From: Dehalococcoidia bacterium | Lineage (GTDB): Bacteria; Chloroflexota; Dehalococcoidia; Lucifugimonadales; UBA1123 | Assembly: GCA_965116405.1 (NCBI GenBank) | Contig: OZ220685.1 | Span: 2,007,751 to 2,071,750 of the forward strand | Length of the DNA stretch: 64,000 nt | Reading direction: 5' to 3' | Shown here: one piece after another, positions 8,949 to 18,424 of the stretch | Numbering within the stretch: the stretch's first letter is position 1 | How the letters are laid out: each line of letters starts with the position of its first letter | The notes under the pieces: model-generated | The model's database searches: none | The model's input: only the letters and a program-made list of their open reading frames with translations | What the model was told of the DNA's origin: nothing | Position numbers and translations under genes: made by a program

Positions 8949-11003
8949 ATGAGTTACCGGTTGGGAGTCGATGTCGGGGGGACTTTCACTGACCTCGCCC
9001 TATACGATACCGAAACCAACCAGCTCGAATTCGCCAAGACCCCTTCCACTCCGGTCAACCAGGCCCTCGGAGTTGCAGCCGGAATCCGCGAACTGATGGA
9101 GCGGCACGCCGTCTCCCCGGACCGTATCGACTTCTTCATTCACGGCACTACGGTAGCGACGAACACGCTACTAGAACGCACGGGCGCGAAGACGGCGCTT
9201 GTCGTTACTGCGGGGTTCCGAGACATCCTGCAGATCGGCAGGCAGGACAGGCCCGACCTCTACGACTGGCGCATTCGCCGTCCCGACCCGCTGGTGCCGC
9301 GCCATCTGCGCTTCGAGGCGCAGGAGAGAGTGGTGCACACAGGCGATGTGCTCAAGCCCATGGAGACGGGCACCCTCGATGATATCGTCGAGCGCGTCAA
9401 GAACTCCGGCGTCGACGCTGTTGCAGTGTGCCTCCTTCACTCCTACGCCAACCCTGCGCACGAGCAGGCCATTGGCGACGCCATCCGTCGTGAGCTGCCG
9501 GGCATCCCCGTCTCGCTCTCGTACGAGATACTGCCGGAGTTCAAAGAGTACGAGCGGATGAGCACGACTACTATCAACGCCTACGTAGCGCCTGTCATGG
9601 AGCGTTACCTGCGGCGGCTCGAAGAGAGCGTCACTGGCGCTGGCCTCAACTCGGACCTGTACATCATGCAGTCCAACGGCGGGACGATGGGCGTGGAGAC
9701 GGCCATCGAGCGTCCCGTACACACGATACTGTCAGGGCCTGCGGCAGGGGTCATCGGCGCAGTCGCCATCGCACAGCAGGCTGGCGAGTCCAACAGCATC
9801 TCCATCGACATGGGAGGCACGAGCTTCGACGTGTCGCTCTCGTACCGGGGTGAAGTGCGCCGGACACAGGAGAGTGAGCTTGAGCGTCTTCCGGTCAAGG
9901 TGCCGATGGTTGACATCCACACGCTCGGCGCAGGCGGGGGCAGCATCGCGTGGATAGATCCGGGCGGAGCGCTCAGGGTGGGTCCGCAGAGTGCGGGAGC
10001 CGAACCTGGACCTGCCTGCTACGGCAACGGCGGCGCTGAGGCAACGGTAACGGACGCGAACCTAGTTCTCGGCAGGCTTGGAGCGACGAGTCTGCTCGGC
10101 GGCACGATGACCCTCGACGAGGAGTTGGCCCGAAGCGTCATCTCTGAGCGAATCGCCAAGCCGCTGGGGCTCAGCGTTGAGGAGGCGGCCGAGGGGATCG
10201 TGCAGGTCGTCAATGCCAGCATGGTAAAGGGCATCCGGGTCGTATCGGTCTCCAAGGGCTACGACCCTCGCGAGTTCTGCCTTGTGGCCTTCGGTGGAGC
10301 GGGACCGGTACACGCCTCTGAGCTTGCCGTCGAGATGGACATTCCCACCGTGCTCGTGCCCGTTGCCCCTGGCGTCACGTCGGCCCTGGGTCTGCTGATG
10401 GCCGACCTTAGACACGACTTTGCGCAGACGGTGCTCCGACCGGGCAGCGAACTGTCTCCGACCGAGATCACCTCCTGGTACGAGCAGCTTGAGATTCAGG
10501 CGCTGGAGCAGATGTCTCGCGAGGGCGTCATGCCTGACGACGTATCTCTCATTCGAGCAGCGGACGCTCGATATGTGGGACAGGGCTACGAGCTAGAGGT
10601 CATTGTGGGGCCCGGCAAGCTCGAACAGGGAGACGTGGAGCAGATGGTGGAACGATTCCACGATGCGCACGTTCGCAACTATGGTTACGCCTCGCACAAC
10701 AACCCTGTCGAGGTCGTCAACCTCAAGGTAACGGCGCTGGCGTCGATGCCGCGTCCCGACCTGCTAAGCGATTCCCAGGGCGGCGGAGACCCCTCGCGCG
10801 CCCGCATAGGTGAACGGAACGTGTACTTCCGTAATGAGCGGAAAGCGACGAGGATCTACGATAGGTCTGGCCTTCTTCCCGGAGATGCAATCGAGGGTCC
10901 GGCAATCGTGGAGCAGCTTGATTCCACGACGGTCGTTTGGGAGGGACAGACGGCTACTGTCGACAACTTCCTCAACCTCGTCATAACCGGCAGACACAGA
11001 TAG
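8949..11003 (+). CDS. hyuA: Hydantoinase/oxoprolinase family, A (beta) subunit
   Basis: 684 aa. It has the N-terminal RLGVDVGGTFTDL and the internal DMGGTSFDV and GFGGAGP motifs typical of HyuA / N-methylhydantoinase A / acetone-carboxylase beta. Confidence 0.9.
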   Translation: MSYRLGVDVGGTFTDLALYDTETNQLEFAKTPSTPVNQALGVAAGIRELMERHAVSPDRIDFFIHGTTVATNTLLERTGAKTALVVTAGFRDILQIGRQDRPDLYDWRIRRPDPLVPRHLRFEAQERVVHTGDVLKPMETGTLDDIVERVKNSGVDAVAVCLLHSYANPAHEQAIGDAIRRELPGIPVSLSYEILPEFKEYERMSTTTINAYVAPVMERYLRRLEESVTGAGLNSDLYIMQSNGGTMGVETAIERPVHTILSGPAAGVIGAVAIAQQAGESNSISIDMGGTSFDVSLSYRGEVRRTQESELERLPVKVPMVDIHTLGAGGGSIAWIDPGGALRVGPQSAGAEPGPACYGNGGAEATVTDANLVLGRLGATSLLGGTMTLDEELARSVISERIAKPLGLSVEEAAEGIVQVVNASMVKGIRVVSVSKGYDPREFCLVAFGGAGPVHASELAVEMDIPTVLVPVAPGVTSALGLLMADLRHDFAQTVLRPGSELSPTEITSWYEQLEIQALEQMSREGVMPDDVSLIRAADARYVGQGYELEVIVGPGKLEQGDVEQMVERFHDAHVRNYGYASHNNPVEVVNLKVTALASMPRPDLLSDSQGGGDPSRARIGERNVYFRNERKATRIYDRSGLLPGDAIEGPAIVEQLDSTTVVWEGQTATVDNFLNLVITGRHR

Positions 11004-11061
11004 AGCCCGGGAACCATAGGCAGCAGCCAGTGGCGAAAACTCACTCTCACCAGGTAGGCAC

Positions 11062-12753
11062 ATGACTTCAACAAACATCGATCCGATCACGCTTGAAGTG
11101 ATGCGCAACGGGTTTTACTCCATCGCGGACGAGATGATCGCCGCGCTGATCCGGGCGAGCTACTCCACGAACATCAAGGACCGTCGCGATACATCGGGAG
11201 CGATCTACACCGGCTCCGGCGACGTGGTCGTGGTGGCGCAGAGCGAGATTGGCACGCCGCTGCACCTCGGGACGATGCACTCCGCCGTCCTGACCGCCAT
11301 GGAGCAGTACCCGTTCGAGGAACTGGAGCCGGGCGACGCCGTCGCGATGAATACGCCCTATCCCGCCGGTCCCGGCCACCTCAACGACCTGGCGCTGATA
11401 TCGCCCGTGTTCTACGAGGGCGAACTCATCGCCATAACCGCCAACCAGGCCCACCACGTCGATATGGGCGGATTCGCTCCGGGGTCGATGCCGTTTGGTG
11501 TCACGGAGATCTTCCAGGAGGGCCTGCAGATCCCCACCGTGCGCCTGTTCCGAAACGGACAGCTCGACCGCGACCTGTGGGCGCTGATTTCCCAGAACGT
11601 TCGCCCCAGGACAGAGGTACGCGGCGATCTCCTTGCCCAGTACGCTGCTAACAACGTCGCCGAACGCAGGCTGACTGACATTGCCTCCCGGTACGGACCT
11701 GACCTGGTGAAACGCTACCTAGACGAGATGCTCAACTACTCTGAGAGGCGGATGAGGGCCGCGCTGAAGCAGATACCCGTCGGTACCTACGAGTTCGAGG
11801 ACGTGATGGAAGGCGACGGCATAACCGATTCGCAGATCACCATCCGCGTCAGGATCGAATCGAAGGGAGACTCGTTCGTCGCGGACTTCACGGCAAGCGA
11901 CGACGCCTGCAAGGGTCCGCTCAACTGCCGCTGGCCATCCGTCGCAGCGTGTGTTTACTACGTGCTCAAGGCCTGCCTCGACCCTGAGCTACCGCCCAAC
12001 GCGGGAGCGTACCGTCCCATCGACGTCAGGGTACGGGAGGGGAGCCTCCTGTCGGCCACGTATCCAACGGCCGTGTGCAACGCCAACATCATCACCTCGC
12101 AGCGCATCACCGACGTGCTGCTCGGCGCGCTTGCGCCCGTGATTCCCGAGAGGGTGCTGGCGGCCTGCTCGGGCACGATGAACCTGCTCAACATCGGTGG
12201 TATCGATCCGCGCAACGGCATCTACTTCAACTACGTGGAGACCTACGCGGGCGGGCAGGGCGCGATGCACGACGCGGACGGGATGGACGCCGTCCAGAAC
12301 CACATGACAAATACCCGCAACGCTCCGGTGGAGTCGATCGAGCTTGCCTATCCGTTGCTAGTCGAGTCCTACGGCCTCGTGCCGGACAGCGAGGGCGCCG
12401 GCAAGCACCGGGGCGGACTGGGGATCCACCGGCACCTGCGGGTGCTGGGCGAGAGCGTCACCCTGACGCTCAGCTCAGACCGGGAACGAGTGAGTCCCTG
12501 GGGCCTGTTCGGAGGCTCGGACGCCGCTAGCTCTGCGTGTGCAATAGAAGCTCCGGACGGCTCCGAGAAGCGACTGCCCTCCAAGGTCACGACGACCGTG
12601 CCGCACGACCACGTCATCAAGACCCAGACTCCGGGCGGAGGCGGCTGGGGCGACGCAAGGGACCGCGATGCCGAGGCCGTCAGCCACGACGTGACCGAGG
12701 AGTTCATTTCGCCCGAGCGGGCCGAGTCGGTGTACGGGGTCTCGGTGGACTAG
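11062..12753 (+). CDS. hyuB: Hydantoinase B/oxoprolinase family subunit
   Basis: 563 aa. It starts IDPITLEVMRNGFYSIADEM and contains HLNDL, then ...TNTRNAPVE..E..YP. It lies immediately downstream of hyuA. Confidence 0.9.
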   Translation: MTSTNIDPITLEVMRNGFYSIADEMIAALIRASYSTNIKDRRDTSGAIYTGSGDVVVVAQSEIGTPLHLGTMHSAVLTAMEQYPFEELEPGDAVAMNTPYPAGPGHLNDLALISPVFYEGELIAITANQAHHVDMGGFAPGSMPFGVTEIFQEGLQIPTVRLFRNGQLDRDLWALISQNVRPRTEVRGDLLAQYAANNVAERRLTDIASRYGPDLVKRYLDEMLNYSERRMRAALKQIPVGTYEFEDVMEGDGITDSQITIRVRIESKGDSFVADFTASDDACKGPLNCRWPSVAACVYYVLKACLDPELPPNAGAYRPIDVRVREGSLLSATYPTAVCNANIITSQRITDVLLGALAPVIPERVLAACSGTMNLLNIGGIDPRNGIYFNYVETYAGGQGAMHDADGMDAVQNHMTNTRNAPVESIELAYPLLVESYGLVPDSEGAGKHRGGLGIHRHLRVLGESVTLTLSSDRERVSPWGLFGGSDAASSACAIEAPDGSEKRLPSKVTTTVPHDHVIKTQTPGGGGWGDARDRDAEAVSHDVTEEFISPERAESVYGVSVD

Positions 12754-13808
12754 AAGAGCCAGTTGGCCGTGTAACCTGCCAGGCAGGCTCCGAGCAGCGC
12801 CAACAGCACATACAGTATGAAGACACGGACTCGCACCACGGCGGCAACGGCCACTGCTGAGTAGAAGCTGACCGCCGCGCCCGAGATCATGAGCGCGAGG
12901 GCTGTGCCGAAGCTCATGCCTTTGTCCATCAATCCGCTGACGAGGGGCAGAGCCGCATAGCCGTCCAGGTACATGGGAGCGCCCACCACGGCGGCCAGGG
13001 GGACCGATGAGCCCGCGTCCGTACCGAACAGGGACGTCACCCACTGGCTGGGCACGAACCTCTGTATGAACACCTCCAGCACCAGGGCGAGTGCCAGCCA
13101 TTGGATCATCGGCCGTGTACTGCCCCATACGGCCGGCCAGAAGCGGATCTCCTCCTGGCAATCGTCCTGGGGTAGCGTCTCACGGCGCATCAGATCGCTT
13201 CCGGCGTTGCGGTAAGTCGGGATCAGGTAGGTTACGCCACCCGCGAGCAGACCAATGCCGAAAGCCGCCACCGTTTTCGCCACGGCGAATGGGACGCCGA
13301 TGATACTGGCGGTTATCAGCAGCATACTCGGGTCGGTAACCGGTGAAGAGATCCAGAATGCCATGACTGGAGCCAGGGGGAGTCCTCGGCGCAGAAGCGT
13401 GGCTATCAGCGGCAGCATCCCCAGACCGCACACTGGCGTGATGGCGCCAATTAAGCTGGCGGTCAGCACAGCGCTGAATTGCCCACCTTTCAGCCAGGCA
13501 AGCGCTCGATCAGACCAGCGGCCCACGGTCAGGACGCCGGCGAGAAGTGCTGCGATGGCGACGACGGGCAGGAGCGAGATCATGCCGCGCCCGACTGAGT
13601 TCACCATTTCCGCGTTGGCCTCAGGAAGTACGGAGCCAGCGACGAGTAACGCTGCTGTGACTGACCAAGTAAGTGCCTCGGCGCTGAAACGCGGACGCAG
13701 GTTCCAGCGGGCTGTGGAGCGTGGTCCGGTTCCTGAAATCGCCATAATCGACATTGTACAGGTCTGGATACCCATCGATGCTGTACGAGTTTGGTCGGTC
13801 ATACACAT
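12750..13808 (-). CDS. Polytopic permease (ArsP/YraQ, UPF0718-like)
   Basis: The protein is hydrophobic throughout and contains ITPVCGLGMLPLIATLLRRGLPL. The start is uncertain. The first ~10 codons of the track ORF lie inside the MITE at 13777-13910, so a start at or below 13775 (M12, M19 or M22) is more likely. The stop overlaps the hyuB stop by 4 nt (convergent genes). Confidence 0.6.
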   Translation of the reverse strand: MCMTDQTRTASMGIQTCTMSIMAISGTGPRSTARWNLRPRFSAEALTWSVTAALLVAGSVLPEANAEMVNSVGRGMISLLPVVAIAALLAGVLTVGRWSDRALAWLKGGQFSAVLTASLIGAITPVCGLGMLPLIATLLRRGLPLAPVMAFWISSPVTDPSMLLITASIIGVPFAVAKTVAAFGIGLLAGGVTYLIPTYRNAGSDLMRRETLPQDDCQEEIRFWPAVWGSTRPMIQWLALALVLEVFIQRFVPSQWVTSLFGTDAGSSVPLAAVVGAPMYLDGYAALPLVSGLMDKGMSFGTALALMISGAAVSFYSAVAVAAVVRVRVFILYVLLALLGACLAGYTANWLF

Positions 13809-13910
13809 GTAGGGGCAATCCCTTGTGGTTGCCCATGTTGGCCATCATGCTCAAGGCGCCCACAAGGGACGCCCCTACGTTTGGGCCTCCGACTAAATTG
13901 ATACAGCCTC
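13777..13910. mobile_element. MITE-like palindromic element, copy A (134 bp) with 9-bp direct repeats
   Basis: ATACCCATC is present directly on both sides (13768-13776 and 13911-13919). The ends are GATGCTGTAC... and ...GATACAGCCTC, an imperfect TIR. The core palindrome is GTAGGGGCAATCCCTTGTGG...CCACAAGGGACGCCCCTAC (13809-13878). The element is colinear with copy C at 62576-62708. Confidence 0.65.
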
Positions 13911-14037
13911 ATACCCATCAACTCACAGTCGGCTCTGATCGATAGTGTTACAATCGGCCCAGGACTCACCTGCCGACCCTGTTCCGATCCGGGACTCAAG
14001 TAACACAGCGGGTAGCACAGACATCGGAGGCAGATCA

Positions 14038-15282
14038 GTGGCGGACAGATCAGCCAATGATACCGATATCGCCGACGAACCTGACGTATACTCCGAAGCT
14101 AGGCTCGTGTGTCGAGACCTGTGGAAGGTGTATGGCGACGGCGCGGAGAACCTGGCCGACTCGATCGACGCCTCCCTGTCACGCGAGGATGTGCTTACCC
14201 AGACCGGTTGCGTGCTCGCCGTTCGGGATGTCTCGTTCGACGTGCGCGAGGGAGAGACCTTCGTCATCATGGGCCTCTCCGGCAGCGGCAAGTCCACGCT
14301 CGTCCGCTGTATATCCCGGCTCATCGAACCGACGCGAGGCCAGGTCCAGATAGACGGCGAGGACCTGCTCGCCATGAACAAGCAGCAGCTTCGGGACATT
14401 CGGCGTCACAAGATGGGCATGGTGTTCCAGCACTTCGGCAACTTTCCCCACAAGCGGGTCTTCGAGAACGTGGTGTACGGCCTACAGATCCAGGGCATCA
14501 ACAAGGCCACGCAGCGCAGCCGCGCGGCCGAGGTCATCGAGCTTGTGGGGCTGTCGGGTTGGGAGGAGCGGTACCCGCACGAACTGAGCGGCGGAATGCA
14601 GCAGCGTGTCGGGCTGGCCCGCGCGCTCGCAGTCGACCCGCAGATACTACTCTTCGACGAGCCGTTCAGCGCTCTCGACCCCCTGATCCGGCGTGAGATG
14701 CAGGACCAGTTGATCGGACTCCAGCAGCTCGTCCAGAAGACGATGGTGTTCATAACCCACGACTTCCTCGAGGCGCTCAAGGTAGGGGAACGGGTGGCGA
14801 TAATGAGGGACGGGGAGTTCGTCCAGGTTGGCACGCCGGAGGAGCTGGTCTCCAATCCGATCAACGACTACGTGCGCGACTTCACGCGCGATGTGCCTCG
14901 CTCCAAGGTGTTAACGGCGCGTTCCGTAATGACCCCGCCCAGAGTCTTCGCAACTCCAGATGAGGGACTGGCCGACCTGTTGAGCAGGCTGTCCGACCAG
15001 GACTGCGAAAGCGCGGTGGTGGTCGGCAGGGAGGAGCGCTTCATAGGGACGGTCCACTCGTCAGATGTTCACGGAGGTGGAGCGGCAAACTCCAGTGTGG
15101 CCTCCGTCATGCGCGACTCCTGTCCCATCGTGGATCCCGGGACACGTCTCGAAGAGCTCATTCCCCTCACAATCTCGGGGGACTCCCCGATCGCCGTTCT
15201 GGACGACGGGCAGTGCATTGGCACGATCAGCCGTGAGGCGGCGGTGGCTGCCCTCATAAGCGATGAGGGTGTGGCGATGTGA
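14038..15282 (+). CDS. proV: Glycine betaine/proline-type ABC transporter ATP-binding protein with a C-terminal CBS pair
   Basis: It has Walker [10 protein letters not shown], the signature [15 protein letters not shown], and Walker [13 protein letters not shown]. The C-terminal CBS-like region is [11 protein letters not shown]... I prefer the GTG at 14038, which has GGAGG 8 nt upstream. The track ORF starts at 13945. Confidence 0.85.
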   Translation: MADRSANDTDIADEPDVYSEARLVCRDLWKVYGDGAENLADSIDASLSREDVLTQTGCVLAVRDVSFDVREGETFVIMGLSGSGKSTLVRCISRLIEPTRGQVQIDGEDLLAMNKQQLRDIRRHKMGMVFQHFGNFPHKRVFENVVYGLQIQGINKATQRSRAAEVIELVGLSGWEERYPHELSGGMQQRVGLARALAVDPQILLFDEPFSALDPLIRREMQDQLIGLQQLVQKTMVFITHDFLEALKVGERVAIMRDGEFVQVGTPEELVSNPINDYVRDFTRDVPRSKVLTARSVMTPPRVFATPDEGLADLLSRLSDQDCESAVVVGREERFIGTVHSSDVHGGGAANSSVASVMRDSCPIVDPGTRLEELIPLTISGDSPIAVLDDGQCIGTISREAAVAALISDEGVAM

Positions 15283-17267
15283 CCATCGCTGAAGCTCTCC
15301 AGACTCGCTTCATCCGGGAACGCCGGTACCAGGGTATCGTGTGGGCCGCGGTGGCGGCTGCCGCGTACATCCTGGCCTATTCACTGGCGACCACCAATGC
15401 GGGCACCGAATTCGGAGACTGGCCGCAGAGCTGGGAACCTCCAATCCAGGAGCCGATCCACGACTTCTTCGAGACTGCCGGCGACGCCTTATCCTGGCTG
15501 TTCAACCCGGTCTCGGACGTCATCGACGCCGGCATCGCAGGCATAGACGGGTTTCTGCTCTGGCTCCCGTGGCCCGTCGTCGTGGCAGGTGTGGCGTTGC
15601 TGGGGCTGAGGCTCGGTGGCAGGTGGCTTGGGCTGTTCTGTGGCGCTGCCGTCCTGTTCATAGGCCTCATCGGGTTCTGGGACTCCGCGATGGTGACTCT
15701 GAGCGTGGTTGGAGTTTCGGTACTCATCAATGTGGGACTGGGCGTACCGATCGGCGTATTCGCGGCCTTCAGCAATCGCTTCGAGTCAATTGTCCGCCCG
15801 ATACTCGATACCATGCAGGTCCTTCCCGCGTTCGTTTACCTCATACCTGCGCTGATCCTGTTCGGAGTGAGCGGCACCCAGGGGGTCTTCCTCACGGTGG
15901 TCTACTCCATCCCGCCCGTCATCAGGCTCACCAACCTCGGAATCCGGCAGGTCCCCCAGGCGGCTATAGAGACGGCCCAGTCGCACGGATCGACGACGTG
16001 GCAGACGCTGTTCCAGGTGCAGCTGCCGCTGGCAAAGAGCACTATCATGCTGGGCATCAACCAGACCATCATGATGGCTGTCTCCATGATCATCGTGACT
16101 GCGCTGGTGGGTGTGCAGGGGCTCGGCCGGGACGTTTGGCTCTCATTGAGGGAGGTGGACGCTGGGAAAGGCCTTGAGAGTGGAATCGCCATCGTCCTCC
16201 TCGCCATCATCCTGGACAGGTTCAGCTATGCCATGGTGAGGTCCGGTCCCAGCTCCGCCGCGGCCATTCCGTCCGCCAGCCCGGGGATCGAGGGCAGGGT
16301 TGGCCAGAGACTTCAGTTCATGGCAGCTCGGTACGCAGTTCCCATTGCTGGCGCGGTTTTGATAGCCGTACTGCTGGTCCTCGGCGCACTGGTTGGGGCG
16401 TTGAGGGACTTCCCGGACGCGCTCACCTTCTCGATGGCGGACCCCGTTAACCGGGTCTTCGACTGGATGGCGGTCAACCTTCACTTCATTACAAGCTGGA
16501 CACGGGACATCCTGTTCCGTGAACTGGGCTACTCGCCCATTCATACGCTGCTCCTCTGGCTGCCCTGGCCGGCGATGATGGTCGTCGCAGCTGTTCTGGC
16601 CTACTTCACCGCGGGTTGGCGAGTGTCGCTTCTCGCTGTGGTGGGACTGGCCTTCGCGGGCATCGGCGGGGTGTGGGACGTTACGATGGACACCCTGAGC
16701 CAGGTGCTTACCGCGGCCGGGTTCACGGTGGTTGTGGGTATCGTGCTGGGAGTTCTCGCTTCTCAGAGCAGGACATTCGAGTCGATTCTGAGGCCGATCC
16801 TGGACACCATGCAGACCATGCCGATCTTCGTATATCTCATCCCGGTCATAATGCTCTGGGGCGTCGGGCCGCTGGTCGGCATCATAGCCACATCGGTGTA
16901 CGCGCTGCCCCCGGTGATCCGTATGACCACCCTGGGGATCAGGCAAGTGCCGGAACAGGTAATCGAGACGGCAACGTCCCACGGCTCGACCGGCCTCCAG
17001 ACTATGCTCCAGGTCAAGATACCTCTGGCCTTCCCGACGATAATGATGGGCGTCAACCAGACCATCATCATGGTTCTGGCCATGGTGATCATTGCCGGAC
17101 TCGTGGGCGGCGGTGGCCTTGGACAGGAGGTCTTCATAAACTCGATCTGGCTCAGGATGGGTCATGGCCTGGTCGCAGGGATGGCAATCGTCTTCATGGC
17201 GATGGTGCTCGACCGCATGACCCAGGGCAAACAGGGCGCTGCGATACCACTTGCAGCAATGAGGTAA
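15279..17267 (+). CDS. proW: Fused tandem ABC permease (two ProW/OpuAB-like transmembrane domains in one polypeptide)
   Basis: 662 aa. Two homologous halves each carry FESI[VL]RPILDTMQ...IPPVIR[LM]T.LGIRQVP...IETA.SHGST...Q[VT][QK][LI]PLA. The GTG start overlaps the proV stop (ATGTGA). Confidence 0.85.
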   Translation: MTIAEALQTRFIRERRYQGIVWAAVAAAAYILAYSLATTNAGTEFGDWPQSWEPPIQEPIHDFFETAGDALSWLFNPVSDVIDAGIAGIDGFLLWLPWPVVVAGVALLGLRLGGRWLGLFCGAAVLFIGLIGFWDSAMVTLSVVGVSVLINVGLGVPIGVFAAFSNRFESIVRPILDTMQVLPAFVYLIPALILFGVSGTQGVFLTVVYSIPPVIRLTNLGIRQVPQAAIETAQSHGSTTWQTLFQVQLPLAKSTIMLGINQTIMMAVSMIIVTALVGVQGLGRDVWLSLREVDAGKGLESGIAIVLLAIILDRFSYAMVRSGPSSAAAIPSASPGIEGRVGQRLQFMAARYAVPIAGAVLIAVLLVLGALVGALRDFPDALTFSMADPVNRVFDWMAVNLHFITSWTRDILFRELGYSPIHTLLLWLPWPAMMVVAAVLAYFTAGWRVSLLAVVGLAFAGIGGVWDVTMDTLSQVLTAAGFTVVVGIVLGVLASQSRTFESILRPILDTMQTMPIFVYLIPVIMLWGVGPLVGIIATSVYALPPVIRMTTLGIRQVPEQVIETATSHGSTGLQTMLQVKIPLAFPTIMMGVNQTIIMVLAMVIIAGLVGGGGLGQEVFINSIWLRMGHGLVAGMAIVFMAMVLDRMTQGKQGAAIPLAAMR

Positions 17268-17388
17268 CTGGAATCCGTGACCGGGTTCTCGGCTATGCAC
17301 AAGGAGGGACGCTCCAATGGGAAAGTAGAGGATGGGGCATACCATCAGTACTGTCCAAGTACACTCCGAACCCTGAAAGGAGAGGAAA

Positions 17389-18393
17389 ATGAAATCAGTT
17401 AAGAACAGGTGGATTGGTCTCTCGGTGGCTGTGGCGCTGGCCATGGTCGTTGCGGTGGGAATTGCCTGCAGCGAGACCACAGAAGAGGCTGACGAGTCGG
17501 AGTCCAGGGGCACCCTGGTACTTGTCGACCAGGACTGGAACGGTCAGCTCGTCACGACTGCTGTAATGAAGATCCTGCTGGAACAGGAGATGGACCACAC
17601 TGTCGCGACCATGTTCGCCCCCGCAGACTCGGCGCCCCTCTTCATAGGGCTCGAGACGGGTGTTTTCCACTTCGTGTGCTGCAACTGGCCTTCCTACAGC
17701 GCCGCACTCATCGAGGAGTATGTGGATGCTGAAGGCGATCCCAAGGTGGAGCGCGTGGGGCCGGTTGGCATCACGGGTGAGACGGGCTGGTACGTTCCTT
17801 CCTACGTGGTCAATGGCGACTCCGAACGCGGCATCGACGCCGTCGCGCCAAACCTCAGCACCGTGGGCGACCTGAACCAGTACAAGGACGTCTTCGCCAC
17901 GAGGGATACCGGTAACAAGGGGCGACTCCTGGAGTTCACGGCGGCGTGGGATACGAAGCCCGAGGAGCGGCTTGAAGCTTTCGGCGCCGACTACCAGGTG
18001 GTGTTTGCCGGGTCGGAAGGCGCAGCGCTGGCTGAAGTCGACGCTGCCTTCCAGCGAGGCGATCCCGTGCTCACGTACCTCTGGGAGCCTCACTGGGCGC
18101 ACGCCAAGTACAGCCTGGTGCAGGTGGAAATGCCTGAGTGGACTTCGGACTGCTACCCGGACGGCACGAACTACAACTGCGGCTTCCCAACCGACAGCGT
18201 AGCCAAGCTGGCCTGGCCCGGCCTCAAGGACGAGTTCCCCGAGGCGTACGAGTTCCTGTCCAGGTTCCAGATGACCAACGAGCAGCAGAACGAGATAGTG
18301 CTCAACCTCACCGAGAACGACCTGACCGTGCGCCAGGCCGCTCAGGCGTGGGTCGATGCCAACGAGGCAATCTGGAGGCCCTGGATACCGTAG
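17389..18393 (+). CDS. proX: Glycine betaine-type ABC transporter substrate-binding lipoprotein (OpuAC/ProX family)
   Basis: It has a signal peptide plus lipobox (LAMVVAVGIAC), then LVLVDQDWNGQLVTTAVMKILLEQ. It follows proVW directly. Confidence 0.8.
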   Translation: MKSVKNRWIGLSVAVALAMVVAVGIACSETTEEADESESRGTLVLVDQDWNGQLVTTAVMKILLEQEMDHTVATMFAPADSAPLFIGLETGVFHFVCCNWPSYSAALIEEYVDAEGDPKVERVGPVGITGETGWYVPSYVVNGDSERGIDAVAPNLSTVGDLNQYKDVFATRDTGNKGRLLEFTAAWDTKPEERLEAFGADYQVVFAGSEGAALAEVDAAFQRGDPVLTYLWEPHWAHAKYSLVQVEMPEWTSDCYPDGTNYNCGFPTDSVAKLAWPGLKDEFPEAYEFLSRFQMTNEQQNEIVLNLTENDLTVRQAAQAWVDANEAIWRPWIP

Positions 18394-18424
18394 AGAGAGT
18401 TCCCGGCTGGACCAGTACCGGCGG

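Noticed and set aside
16143-17513. Long ORFs antisense to confident genes. Examples: 16143-17513 (456 aa, opposite proW), 22348-23631 (427 aa, opposite MscS), 18911-20014 (367 aa, opposite GMC), 32351-33730 (459 aa, opposite the SBP), 35931-37031 and 39821-41572 (opposite rpoC/rpoB), and 60512-61324.
   Set aside because: Their translations are Arg/Gly/Pro/Ala-rich low-complexity sequence of the kind produced by the antisense frame of high-GC genes. The opposite strand encodes well-recognised protein families. None has an SD or recognisable motifs.
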